Shown here: positions 27,073 through 36,400 of the stretch, one piece after another
Position numbering within the stretch: the stretch's first letter is position 1
Layout: every line of letters begins with the position of its first letter
Assembly (NCBI GenBank): GCA_022703215.1
Contig: JAKLEE010000001.1
Location: 1-41,563, forward strand
From: Spirochaetota bacterium
Lineage (GTDB): Bacteria > Spirochaetota > Spirochaetia > Treponematales > UBA12059
Reading direction: 5' to 3'
Length of the DNA: 41,563 bases
Notes under the pieces: generated by a model
Database searches by the model: none
Told to the model about the DNA's origin: nothing
The model's input: only the letters and a program-made list of their open reading frames with translations
Translations under genes and position numbers: made by a program

Positions 27073-27831
27073 ATGAACTACCGAGTCAAGGAGCTGGCCG
27101 GGCTCGCGGGGGTCAGCGTGCGCACGTTGCACCACTACGACGCGATCGGCCTCCTCGCTCCCGCGCGGCGCAGTCCCTCAGGCTACCGTCTGTACGGTCC
27201 TGAGGACCTCCTGCGCCTCCAGCAGATCCTCTTCTACCGCGAGCTCGAAATGCCGCTCGAGGGGATAGCGCGGGAACTCGGGCGTCCCGACTTCGATCCT
27301 GAAGCCGCGCTCGTCGCGCACCGGGCACGGCTGGAGGAGAAGCTCGGGCGCCTGCGGAGGCTCGTAGCCACCATCGACACGACGCTCGCCCGACTGGGCG
27401 GCGGGGAGAGAGAATTGAAACCGGAAGAACTGTATGAAGGCTTCCCGAAGGAAACCGCGGAGCGCTGGGAGCGCGAAGCCGCCGAAAACTGGGGCGATAC
27501 CGACGCGTACCGCGAGTCGCGGAAACGGGTCGCGCGCATGAGCAAGGAACGGTGGGCCGAGGTGAAAGCCGAGGGCGGGGCGGTGGACGAGGCCCTGGCC
27601 GACGCGATGCGGAGGGGCGTCGCGCCCGGCTCCGCCGAGGCGCTCGTCCTGGTCGAGCGCAAGGTGGCGCACCTCAGGAATTTCTACGAGCCGTCGCCCG
27701 AGCTGGTGAAAGGGCTCGGCGAGATGTACGTCCAGCACCCCGAATTCCGGGCGCACTACGAGAAGCAGGCGCCCGGGCTCGCTGAATACCTGCGGGACGC
27801 CATGGCGGCCTGGGCGGCCGGCCGAGCCTAG
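27073..27831 (+). CDS. MerR family transcriptional regulator with TipAS-like C-terminal domain
   Basis: The N-terminal HTH reads YRVKELAGLAGVSVRTLHHYDAIGLL..SGYRLY, followed by a coiled coil. The C-terminal region (WGDTDAYRES.., HPEFRAHYE) resembles TipAS/Mta drug-binding domains. Confidence 0.88.
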   Translation: MNYRVKELAGLAGVSVRTLHHYDAIGLLAPARRSPSGYRLYGPEDLLRLQQILFYRELEMPLEGIARELGRPDFDPEAALVAHRARLEEKLGRLRRLVATIDTTLARLGGGERELKPEELYEGFPKETAERWEREAAENWGDTDAYRESRKRVARMSKERWAEVKAEGGAVDEALADAMRRGVAPGSAEALVLVERKVAHLRNFYEPSPELVKGLGEMYVQHPEFRAHYEKQAPGLAEYLRDAMAAWAAGRA

Positions 27832-27851
27832 GCCTGGATTGAGGCCGGGGT

Positions 27852-27873
27852 CCGTGCCGCGGCCCCGGCACGG
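27852..27873. terminator. Stem-loop between convergent merR-like and arfB genes
   Basis: CCGTGCCG-cggccc-CGGCACGG forms an 8-bp perfect stem. There is no U-tract. Confidence 0.3.
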
Positions 27874-27877
27874 CGAA

Positions 27878-28327
27878 TCAACCCTCGGCGGGACGCGAGG
27901 AGCGCAGGCGCTTCGTCTCGCCGCGGGTTTTCTTCGATTGGAGGCGGCGCTCCTTCGAGGCGCGGGTCGGCTTGGTGGCGACCCGCCGCTTCGGGCGCTT
28001 CGCCGCCTTGGCGATAGCCGCGACGAGGCGGCCCAGCGCCGCCTGCCGGTTGAGCTCGCGCGTGCGTTCGTCCTCGGCGGAAACGGCAAGCTCGCCATCC
28101 CCTACAAGACGGCCCGCCAGCCGCTCGAGGGCGTGCGCCCGCTCGGCGTCCGAAAGCCCTTCGACAAGGACGAGGCGCACGCGGGCCCTCGCCTTCGTGT
28201 CGCGCTTGTTCACGTTCTGGCCGCCGGGGCCGCCGGAGCGCGCGTAATCGAATTCGGCGTGTTCCCCGACCGAGCGCCTTATCAGCTCGAGATCCATTCC
28301 GGAAGCTCCCGGCGCAGCCCGCGCCAT
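27878..28327 (-). CDS. arfB: Alternative ribosome-rescue factor ArfB (peptidyl-tRNA hydrolase, RF-1 domain)
   Basis: The GGQ motif sits in SGGPGGQNVNK, and the C-terminal tail is strongly basic (KAAKRPKRRVATKPTRASKERRLQSKK). The alternative start at 28297 (MDLELI..) is preceded by GGGAG and may be the true start. Confidence 0.85.
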   Translation of the reverse strand: MARAAPGASGMDLELIRRSVGEHAEFDYARSGGPGGQNVNKRDTKARARVRLVLVEGLSDAERAHALERLAGRLVGDGELAVSAEDERTRELNRQAALGRLVAAIAKAAKRPKRRVATKPTRASKERRLQSKKTRGETKRLRSSRPAEG

Positions 28328-28371
28328 GCAGGACCGAGGTCCGTCCGTGGACGAGCTCGCGATCCTTTCGG

Positions 28372-28377
28372 TATATT
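28372..28377 (+). promoter_or_regulatory. Putative -10 element (TATATT), leaderless type, for 28388-28729
   Basis: TATATT lies 10 nt upstream of the ATG at 28388, with no Shine-Dalgarno. No convincing -35 element was found. Confidence 0.3.
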
Positions 28378-28387
28378 GTGCCTACAA

Positions 28388-28729
28388 ATGGAAACCAACA
28401 TCGAACATCCCCAGATCGTCCGGGAGAACATTTCCGAGCTCGCCCGTCTCTTCTCCTCGGGCGACGCCGCCCTGGTCGAGGAGTTCCTCTACGGCCTCTT
28501 CACCCCGAGCGAGGCGGACGACTTCGCCAAGCGCTGGGCCCTGGTGAAGGAGCTCGCGCAGGGCGTGCCGCAACGGACCATCGCCGCCGAGCTCGGGCTC
28601 TCGCTCTGCAAGATCACCCGGGGCTCGCGCGAGCTCAAGGATCCGGACGGCGCCTTCCGGCGCATGCTCAAGCTGGCGGGAGTCGCCCTCGACAGGCGCG
28701 TCGCCGAGCGGACGGTCCAGAAGGCCTGA
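28388..28729 (+). CDS. TrpR-related YerC/YecD family protein
   Basis: LFTPSEADDFAKRWALVKEL..GVPQRTIAAELGLSLCKITRGSREL matches the Trp-repressor-like HTH of the YerC/YecD family. Confidence 0.75.
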   Translation: METNIEHPQIVRENISELARLFSSGDAALVEEFLYGLFTPSEADDFAKRWALVKELAQGVPQRTIAAELGLSLCKITRGSRELKDPDGAFRRMLKLAGVALDRRVAERTVQKA

Positions 28730-28779
28730 AGCGAGGCGACGCGAATCGCCCGCGCCGGGTGAAGGGAATCGACGGCACA

Positions 28780-28807
28780 GGGCAGGACCGGCATCCCGGT
28801 CCCGCCC
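28780..28807. terminator. Stem-loop between convergent genes (possible bidirectional terminator)
   Basis: GGGCAGGACCGG-catc-CCGGTCCCGCCC forms a 12-bp stem with one mismatch. There is no U-tract. Confidence 0.4.
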
Positions 28808-28813
28808 CAAGTC

Positions 28814-29320
28814 TCAGCCGACGATCGAAGCCTTCAATACGACCACATCCTGCTTCGGAACGTCGCCGTGGGGCGGCCGCATGCCGGTCGGCACCTTGGC
28901 GATGGCGTCCACGACATCCATGCCCTCGACGATCTTGCCGAAGACCGCGTAGCCCCAGCCGGCGCCGACTGGCGACTTGTGGTCCAATCCGGCGTTGTCC
29001 ACCAGGTTGATGAAGAACTGGCTGGTGGCGCTGTGCGGGTCGCTCGTGCGGGCCATCGAAAGCGTGCCGCGGAGGTTCTTGAGGCCGTTGGTCGCCTCGT
29101 TCCGGATGGGCTCGCCATTGTCCTTCTCGACCATGCCGGGGAGCATGCCGCCGCCCTGCACCACAAAGCCGGGGATGACCCGGTGGAAAATGGTACCGTC
29201 GTAGAAGCCCGAGCGGGCGTAATCGGCGAAGTTCTTCGCGGTAAGCGGTGCCTTCGCGTCGTCCAGCTCGATGAGCAGGTCGCCGAGGCTCGTCTCGAAT
29301 TTCACGCGCGTATTGGCCAT
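28814..29320 (-). CDS. ppiB: Peptidyl-prolyl cis-trans isomerase, cyclophilin type
   Basis: [36 protein letters not shown] and [16 protein letters not shown] are present. AGGAGG precedes the ATG at 29320. Confidence 0.95.
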   Translation of the reverse strand: MANTRVKFETSLGDLLIELDDAKAPLTAKNFADYARSGFYDGTIFHRVIPGFVVQGGGMLPGMVEKDNGEPIRNEATNGLKNLRGTLSMARTSDPHSATSQFFINLVDNAGLDHKSPVGAGWGYAVFGKIVEGMDVVDAIAKVPTGMRPPHGDVPKQDVVVLKASIVG

Positions 29321-29512
29321 GCGCGCCTCCTTGTCGTCAAGGTTGTCCGGGAACTGGACCCGGCGCGTCCGAAGATACCCGTTTTCGGGCGCCCGGGGAA
29401 GCGGTCGGCCCGCCGTCCACCTCGCAAGCAGGCCCTGGGCCGGCCCCGCCTGGCTTCACTGCGCATCGTGCCGAGCTTTCCGGTGGTCGTTACCCTCGTC
29501 CTGACCGGAAAA

Positions 29513-29541
29513 TTGACGCCGTCCGTCCGGACCGGTATCCT
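29513..29541 (+). promoter_or_regulatory. Putative sigma70-like promoter of the resB-ccsA operon
   Basis: TTGACG (29513-29518), a 17-nt spacer, then TATCCT (29536-29541). The leader is about 65 nt and carries GGAAGGAA before the GTG at 29614. Confidence 0.4.
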
Positions 29542-29613
29542 CGAGCGAGCTTCCGCCGACTTCCGGGCGGGCTCGAGGCGCGACGTCGGAGCGCCCGGGG
29601 AAGGAACCGGTAC

Positions 29614-30525
29614 GTGAGGAAATTGATCGAAGCGCTTTCATCCCTGAAACTCGCCGCGGGACTCATCGTCTATCTCGCGATCGCGGGAATCGTCGCCACG
29701 CTCCTTCGGCCCGGCTCCGCGGGGCCGGCCGGCGCCGGGCTGCCGGGTCGATCCGCCGCCGCGGCCCTGCTGGTCATCCTTCCGCTCCTCCTCTTCCTGG
29801 CCAACCTCTCCACCTGCGCCGCTCGCCGCTTCCTGCGCCAGCTTCGCGCGAAGGGCCGGAAACGCTTCGGCCCCGACGTCCTCCACCTCGGCCTGGTCCT
29901 GCTCGTGGTCGGAGGGCTCTGGTCCTGGGTCGCCCGGGTGGAGCGCGTCGCGACGCTCGAACCAGGCGAAGGCGCCACGCTGCCGGACGGATCGACGCTC
30001 GTCGTCCGGGACCTGCGCTTCGAGGCGTACGACGACGGCCGCCCGCGCGAGTGGGTATCTGTCGTGGATCTGACCAAGGACGGCGCGACGCTGGTCGAGG
30101 CTTACGAGCTGCGCGTCAACGCGCCCCTGCGCCACGCCGGACTCACGTTCTTCCAGGCCTCCTTCATCGACGAATGGATCCTGACGCTCCGCGACGCCGC
30201 GGGAGCCGAGCTCAGGCTGGGCACCGGCGACGGGCTGGAATTCGGAACTTCGAACTGGACCTTCCTCGGCGTCGAGAACCCCGCAGGTCCGGAACCGGGG
30301 CGCGCCGCGGTGCGGGCATCGGACCCTGAGGGTGGCGTCATGACGCGGTTCGTCCGGGCCGGAGAACCGCTGGATGGTCTCGAAGTCGCGGGAATCAGCC
30401 GGATCAGGGCCACGGGGATCGGCGCCGTTTCCGATCCCGCCTACCCGCTCGCATTCGCCGCGCTCGCGCTCGTCGCCATCGGCACGGCGTGGACCTTCCT
30501 CGGCAAACTCAAGGAGGCCGCATGA
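29614..30525 (+). CDS. Cytochrome c biogenesis protein, short ResB/CcsB-like
   Basis: The N-terminus MRKLIEALSSLKLAAGLIVYLAIAGIVATLL resembles ResB. Topology is TM, soluble loop, C-terminal TM. The gene is translationally coupled to ccsA (ATGA at 30522-30525). Confidence 0.6.
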   Translation: MRKLIEALSSLKLAAGLIVYLAIAGIVATLLRPGSAGPAGAGLPGRSAAAALLVILPLLLFLANLSTCAARRFLRQLRAKGRKRFGPDVLHLGLVLLVVGGLWSWVARVERVATLEPGEGATLPDGSTLVVRDLRFEAYDDGRPREWVSVVDLTKDGATLVEAYELRVNAPLRHAGLTFFQASFIDEWILTLRDAAGAELRLGTGDGLEFGTSNWTFLGVENPAGPEPGRAAVRASDPEGGVMTRFVRAGEPLDGLEVAGISRIRATGIGAVSDPAYPLAFAALALVAIGTAWTFLGKLKEAA

Positions 30526-31322
30526 GTCCCGGCGCCACTTTCGCGAACATCGCCTTCCTCACGCTCCTCGCCGCCGCCGCGATCCAGGCGCTCCGGCTGC
30601 TCCGCAAGGGCGCCGCGCCGGATCCCGTTTCGCATTGGCTGCTGCTCGCCGCGTCGACCCTGCTCGTCGCGGCGCTCGCGGTCCGTTCGTTCGCGATTTC
30701 CTTCGTCGCGCTCACCGGTACCTGGGAATCGCTCTCGTTCTGGGCGGCGGCCGTGGGCCTCGTGATCTTCGCCTGGCGCCTGCGGGGAAAGCCGGCGTTC
30801 CGGCCCGGCATCGCCTTCGGCGCGACGCTCGCGGCCATCGTCATGCTTTCGATCGCCTCCTCGCCGCTCATCCCGAAGGACGCGCTTCCCCCCATCCCGG
30901 CCCTCCGCTCCGCCTGGCTCCTCCTCCACGTCGGTTTCGCCTTCGTCGGCGAGGCCTTTTTCGTGGCGTCCTTCGTCGCGGCACTGCTCCTGCTCGCCGC
31001 GAAGGACGAGCGCCGCCGCGTCGAGCTCGACCGCGTCGTCTACACCGCGATCGCCATCGGCTACCCGATCTTCACGGCCGGCGCTCTGGTATTCGGGGCC
31101 ATCTGGGCCGAGCGCGCCTGGGGCCGCTGGTGGAGCTGGGATCCGAAGGAGACCTGGGCCTTGGTGACCTGGCTCGTCTATTCGGCCTACCTGCACGTCC
31201 GGCTGGTCATGAAGCGGAAGGACTCGCTGCCGGCCGTCCTCGCCGTCGCGGGCTTCCTCTGCGCGCTTTTCACGTTCTTCGGGGTCAACTACCTGCTACC
31301 AGGGCTCCATTCCTACGGTTGA
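30522..31322 (+). CDS. ccsA: Cytochrome c biogenesis protein CcsA/ResC (system II heme handling)
   Basis: The Trp-rich WWD-type motif WGRWWSWDPKETWALVTW and conserved His-containing TM segments are present. AAGGAGG lies upstream of the ATG at 30522. Confidence 0.9.
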   Translation: MSPGATFANIAFLTLLAAAAIQALRLLRKGAAPDPVSHWLLLAASTLLVAALAVRSFAISFVALTGTWESLSFWAAAVGLVIFAWRLRGKPAFRPGIAFGATLAAIVMLSIASSPLIPKDALPPIPALRSAWLLLHVGFAFVGEAFFVASFVAALLLLAAKDERRRVELDRVVYTAIAIGYPIFTAGALVFGAIWAERAWGRWWSWDPKETWALVTWLVYSAYLHVRLVMKRKDSLPAVLAVAGFLCALFTFFGVNYLLPGLHSYG

Positions 31323-31456
31323 TCGCCCCGGGCCCGCGCGTTCCCCGTGACGCTTTCGCCTCGCGAGCGCTGGCGGTCGGGCCCCCCGCCGCCTATCATT
31401 GAGGGAGGAAAGCCCGAGATCGAAGCCCATCGCGGGCGCGGCAGGGACGTTCAAGG

Positions 31457-32383
31457 ATGAAAGTCAGGAAAGAACTGGTCCAGCTCGCCAGGAAAACGCT
31501 CCTCGAATCGGTGCCGCCCGACATGCACCACCGCCTGGCTCGGGAACTGTTCGAGGGTTACGACCTCCACGAGGCCACCGGATTCCCGGCCACGGTGCCG
31601 ATCCCGCCCCAGGTATCGGCGCAGGTCATCGTCGACGACGCCCTGCGCCGCGACCGCTTCCTCGAACTCGTCGAGCTGTACGTGCGCCTCGAGAAGTCGG
31701 GCTTCATGGGCCGGAGCTACCCCATCCCGCAGCTTCGCGAGATCTTCCACCTGGTAGGGCTCGAGGGCTTCACCTGGGACCAGCACACCGGCATGTTCAT
31801 GGAGGATCCCCGCATGCGCCGCACCGCCGGGTGGGGACGCATCCTGCCGGGCGAGGAGCGGCGCTACTCGCTCCTGCGCATCGACATCGCGCGGAACTCG
31901 CGCCTCGTGCGCACCCACAAGCCGACGGAAGTCCGACGCGCGTTCGCCGACCTCCGCGAGATGCTGACCCGCTCGGTCGAGGACCGCGGAGGCCGCATCT
32001 GGGCCTGGGAGGGGGACGGCGCGCTCGCCGCCTTCCATTTCGGCCACGCGACCACCTCCGCGACGCTGGCCGGAATGGCCCTGCTCCACGACCTCTTCCT
32101 CTACAACCGCTTCGACAACCCGCTCGAGGAGCCGCTCAGGATTCGCTCCGCCGTCCACACCGGCCCCTTGCGCTTCACGGAGGACCAGGTCGAGATCCGC
32201 CGGCAGGAAACCTGCAAGGAGGCCGTCGAGCTCGAGGAACGCTGCGCGCCCCCGGACTGGCTGGCGATCTCCGCCGCGGTAGCGCCGACTCTCGACCGGG
32301 TGCTGCTCGACCGCTTCAAACCCATCGAGACCAAGAACGCCTGGCTCGTGTACGGCTATACCGTGAAAATGGAGGGCTCGTGA
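31457..32383 (+). CDS. Hypothetical protein with divergent class III nucleotidyl cyclase-like C-terminal domain
   Basis: About 135 aa of unknown N-terminal region is followed by cyclase-fold landmarks seen by eye: SLLRIDIARNS, WAWEGDGALAAF, LRIRSAVHTGPL and APPDWLAIS. Confidence 0.55.
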   Translation: MKVRKELVQLARKTLLESVPPDMHHRLARELFEGYDLHEATGFPATVPIPPQVSAQVIVDDALRRDRFLELVELYVRLEKSGFMGRSYPIPQLREIFHLVGLEGFTWDQHTGMFMEDPRMRRTAGWGRILPGEERRYSLLRIDIARNSRLVRTHKPTEVRRAFADLREMLTRSVEDRGGRIWAWEGDGALAAFHFGHATTSATLAGMALLHDLFLYNRFDNPLEEPLRIRSAVHTGPLRFTEDQVEIRRQETCKEAVELEERCAPPDWLAISAAVAPTLDRVLLDRFKPIETKNAWLVYGYTVKMEGS

Positions 32384-33324
32384 GGATCGTCGTGTACGGC
32401 GGCTATGCCGGCGCGGCCGACTGGTCCGAGCTCCTGCCGGCCAAGGTCGAGGTGGAGACGATGGCCTTCTCCAGCCTCAAGCGCAGCGTCGAGCGCCGCG
32501 CCGAGCGCTTTATCTACCTCGACGCCCGCGGCATCGAAAAGGAGGCGATCCTCGAGGCCGCCGCCTGGCTCTCCGGCCGCCCGGGCCTGGCCTGGGGCAT
32601 TCTGGATCCCGACGGGGCGGTCGACGACCCGGCGGCGCTCTTCTTCGCCGGCGCGGGCGACTATCTCGGGCCGGGCACGCTGCCGGTGGGCGAGACGCGC
32701 CTGCGGTGCGCGCTCGCGAGGGCGCACCGGGATGACGAAACGCCGGAACCCGAACAGGCGCGGAGCTTCCCGGGCTGGGCAAAGCTCCGCGAGGGGAAGG
32801 AATACGACTTCCTGTTCTGCCACGCCGCCATCGGCGCCGCCGAGCGGCTCAGGGAGGCCATAGGCGAAAAGAGGCTGGCGAAGCTCCGGGAGTCGTTCGC
32901 GGCGCACATGGCCGAGATCGCGGAGGGACTCGACGGCAAGGCGTGGATCATGGATTCGCACGGCCTGCTCTTGGTCTTCCCGCCGAGAGGACTCGCGGAT
33001 TCGCCCCTCCTGGCCGCCTTCGAACTGCTTCTCGACCGGGCGCTCGTCGGTTACGAAGTGTTCAAGCTCGAGGTTCCGCTCACTTTCCGCTTCGCCTTCC
33101 ACGCCGGATCGGCGCCCTGGCGTCCGCCGGGAGCGACCGGCACCGTCGTCTCGGAAGATGTCAACTTCATCTTCCATCTTGCCAATCGCGGTGGCCACGA
33201 CGGCCGGATCACCATGTCGGCGGCCTGCGCGGACGCCATACCGCCGCAGCTAGCGGACCTCTTCCAACCCGCTCCGGCCTTCGAAGGCCACGAAATCCTC
33301 ATCTCGCGCCGCTTCCAGGACTAG
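32380..33324 (+). CDS. Hypothetical protein: pseudo-receiver domain plus degenerate class III cyclase-like domain
   Basis: The GTG at 32380 overlaps the upstream TGA (GTGA) and is preceded by GGAGGG. REC-like landmarks: RIVVYGG, FIYLDARG, FFAGAGDYLGPG. Cyclase-like landmarks: DFLFCHAAIG, FRFAFHAGSAP, EDVNFIFHL, GRITMS. Confidence 0.5.
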   Translation: MRIVVYGGYAGAADWSELLPAKVEVETMAFSSLKRSVERRAERFIYLDARGIEKEAILEAAAWLSGRPGLAWGILDPDGAVDDPAALFFAGAGDYLGPGTLPVGETRLRCALARAHRDDETPEPEQARSFPGWAKLREGKEYDFLFCHAAIGAAERLREAIGEKRLAKLRESFAAHMAEIAEGLDGKAWIMDSHGLLLVFPPRGLADSPLLAAFELLLDRALVGYEVFKLEVPLTFRFAFHAGSAPWRPPGATGTVVSEDVNFIFHLANRGGHDGRITMSAACADAIPPQLADLFQPAPAFEGHEILISRRFQD

Positions 33325-33325
33325 C

Positions 33326-33452
33326 GTGAATGGCGCTGCGCGCCATTCACGGCGACGAAGCTTGTGCTTCGTCGATCCACTCCGGAGGACGCTTCGCGCC
33401 ATTCACGGCGACGAAGCTTGCGCTTCGTCGATCCACTCCGGAAGACGCTGCG
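33326..33452. repeat. Composite palindromic repeat element (11-bp inverted repeat plus two 56-bp direct repeats, each with an internal hairpin)
   Basis: GTGAATGGCGC-tgc-GCGCCATTCAC lies at 33326-33350. The unit GCGCCATTCACGGCGACGAAGCTTG(T/C)GCTTCGTCGATCCACTCCGGA(G/A)GACGCT recurs with a 56-bp period (starts about 33340 and 33396). Each unit holds the hairpin CGACGAAGC-ttgy-GCTTCGTCG. A partial third start, GCGCGCTATTC, abuts the sbcC stop. Confidence 0.85.
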
Positions 33453-33454
33453 CG

Positions 33455-36400
33455 CTATTCTTCTTCGAGGCCGTCCGCCACGACGATCCGGGAGCCTTCG
33501 CGCTCGCGCACCACCTCGATGCGCGAGGCGACGCGCGAACGAAGCGCCGCCACGTGCGACACGATGCCGATTACGCGCGCGCCCCTGATGGACTCGAGCG
33601 CGCCGATCGCCCGGTCGAGGGCTTCCTCGTCGAGCGACCCGAAGCCTTCGTCGATGAAAACCGCCTCGAGCGAAGCGCCGCCCGAGCGTTCGCGGATGGC
33701 GTCCGCGAGGCCGAGGGCGAGCGAGACCGACGCGAGGAAGCGTTCGCCGCCGGACAGGGTTCCGGTCGGTCGGGACGTACCCGTGTAGGCATCCCGGACC
33801 GTCAGATCGAGCCCTCCGTAACCCCGCCCGCCCTGGTCCTCCACCGCGAGGCTGTACCGACCTCCCGACATCTCCCGGAGCCTCAGGTTCCCCCGTTCCA
33901 CCACGGCGCGGAACCAGGCCGAGAGCGCGTAGTTCTTGAACGGCAGCCTGCGCTGGTTGATGGTTCCCGATAGCAGCTGGGAAAGGTTGGAAAGCCTCGC
34001 GTGTTTCGCGTCGAGGTCCTGCCGCTCGGCTTCCAGCCGGGTCCGGTCGTCGACGAGCGCGCGCAGCCGGGCCGCCTCGTCACGGGCCCGGTCGCGATCG
34101 CCTTCGGCGAGGTCGCGCCGTCCCTCGGCTTCGGCGAGCTTTCGGGCGAGCTGGTCGACATCGGGGAGCGGCCCTTCGGCGGCGTGAAGCGCTTCTTCTG
34201 CGGCGGCGCGCGCCGCGGCGAGCTCCAGTTCCCAATCGGCCCGGGTCTTCTCCATCCCGGCGAGAGCGCCCGGCTCTACGAAGGCGGCCGAGGCAGCGGC
34301 CTCGTCGCCGAATCCGCAGCCGACGAGGGCGGCAGCGCACAGTCCCCGCGACTTATCGAACTCCGGCCGGAGCGCTTCGAGGCGCTTGACGGTCTCATCC
34401 ATGGCGCTGGCTACGCGGGACCGCGCTTCGGCATGCGCGGCGCGATCGCCTTCGAGCTTCGCGCGGCGCGTCTCGGCGATGGAACGCTCCCTTCGCGCCT
34501 CCGTGAGCCGAGGCCGCGGGTCCGACCCTCCCGCCGCCCTGGAATTCTCGGACGCCTCGGCGTCCAGCCGCGCGAAGTTCTCGCGCGCGGCGGCGAGACC
34601 TTCGTTCGCGGTTCTGAGCTCTCTGCGGGCGGCTTCGACTGCCCTCGCCGCCTCGTCACGCTTCCGCCGCAACACGGCAAGGTCGCGGAGCGCGGTCGCG
34701 GCCGCCTCATCGGCGCGAACTGCCTCCGCAAGCGCCGCCGCCGCCACGGACGGCTCGAGTTCCGTCGAGGCGGAATCGGCGAGCTTGCCCCGCGCGACGG
34801 CATCCGCGAGCTGACCGGCTTCGGCCACGGCTTTCGAAACGGCCTCGAGCGCGGAGCGGCGCTCGGCCTCGAGGCCCCGGAGCGCGTCGGCGTCGGGAGC
34901 ATCGTCTCCTGTCGGCCGGGCAGGAGCGGGGTGCGCGGTCGAACCGCAGACCGGGCACGGGGCGCCGGGAACGAGGGCTGCCGCGAGAGAGGCTGCAGCC
35001 GAGGCGTCGCGTCGCGCCGACGCCTCGAGCATGCGCGCGTCAAGCGCGGCCAGCCCGGCTTCCGCTTCCGCGCGCGCGGCTTCGGCCCGAGCCAGTTCCC
35101 CGGCGGCACGCTCCAGCGCCGCGCGTTCCGCCTCATGCGCGTCCGCGCGGGCCTTCGCGTCGCGGGCGGCCTCATACGCGGCTCGGGCCGCGTCACGAGC
35201 CAGCTGCCGCCGTTCATCCTCGCCGTCTTCGACCGCCAAGGTCGCGAAGGCGCGCTCCGCCTCTTCCAGCGCCACTCCGCACGCGGCGGCGGCCGCCAGG
35301 GCGGCGTCACGCCCGATGGCGGCCCGGTCCCGACGCGACGACAAATCGAGCGTCCTGTCCCATGCCTCGAGCGCCGCCGTCAGGGTGCCGATGACTCCGT
35401 CGAGCGAGGCGAGCCGCTCGGCGAGGGCAGCCGATTCGGCCAGCCCGGCTTCGATTGCCGCCTCGTTCGACTCGATCTCGCGCGCCTGGGCGCGGAACCC
35501 TTCGAGGCGGGACTCGACCGAGGCCAGCTCGGCCGCGGCCCGTTTCGCTTCGCGGATGGCAGGCGCCGCTTCCGCTGCCCGACGGGCGGCGTCGATGCGC
35601 CCCTCGAGCGCGATCAGCTCCGGCCGACGCGCCTCGAGCGCCGCCAGGCGCTTCCCGGCCTCTTCCGCGCGCCTGGCCGCGAGCTGTTTCGCTCGGGCCG
35701 CCTCGAGCGCGAGCGCCAAAGCGGTCGCCTCCGCCGCGGCGGCCTGCCGTTCGGTCTCGGCGGTTTCGAGCGCCGCGACGGCCGCCACGAGCGCGGCCGC
35801 GGCACCGCCCTCGGGTTCGGCCGCAGCGATGCGTGCGAGCTCGGCGCCGACCCGGGCGGAGGCGTCCTCGGCCGCCTTCGCCCGATCGCGGGCGAGGCGG
35901 GCGCTCGCCTCGTGCAGTTCGACCGGAAAGAGCTTTTCGAGCACCGCGGTCCGGTCCCTGCTGTTCATCCGCAGGAAATTCTCGAACTCGCCCTGGGGCA
36001 GAAGTACCACCTTGGAAAACTCGTCGGCGCTCAGGCCGAGCAGGGCCGTGACCGCGGCTCCGACCTCGGACACCATCCCGGCGACGGGCACCCACGCTCC
36101 GTTCTCGAAACGTGAAAGCGCGGCCGATGCCGGCGTGTAATCGATTTCGCCGTTACGCTTGAGGCGCCTGGAAGGCGGATTGCGCTCCGCCAGGTAGCGC
36201 TTGCCCGAGGCGAGAAATTCGAACGAGACGCTCGACTCATCGCCGGGTTCCGCCCAATGCGAGGCCAACTGCTTCTCGAAGCTGCTCCGAGAACCTGGAG
36301 CCTCTCCGTAGAGGGCGTAGGTCATGGCGTCGAACAGCGTGGTCTTTCCCGACCCGGTCTTGCCATGCACCAGGAACAGTCCTCCGAGCTTCTCGAAATC

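Noticed and set aside
33326-33452. A possible CRISPR array, suggested by the repeated 56-bp units.
   Set aside because: There are only about 2.2 directly abutting copies with no unique spacers between them, the unit is too long, and no cas genes are present. It fits a REP-like palindromic element instead.
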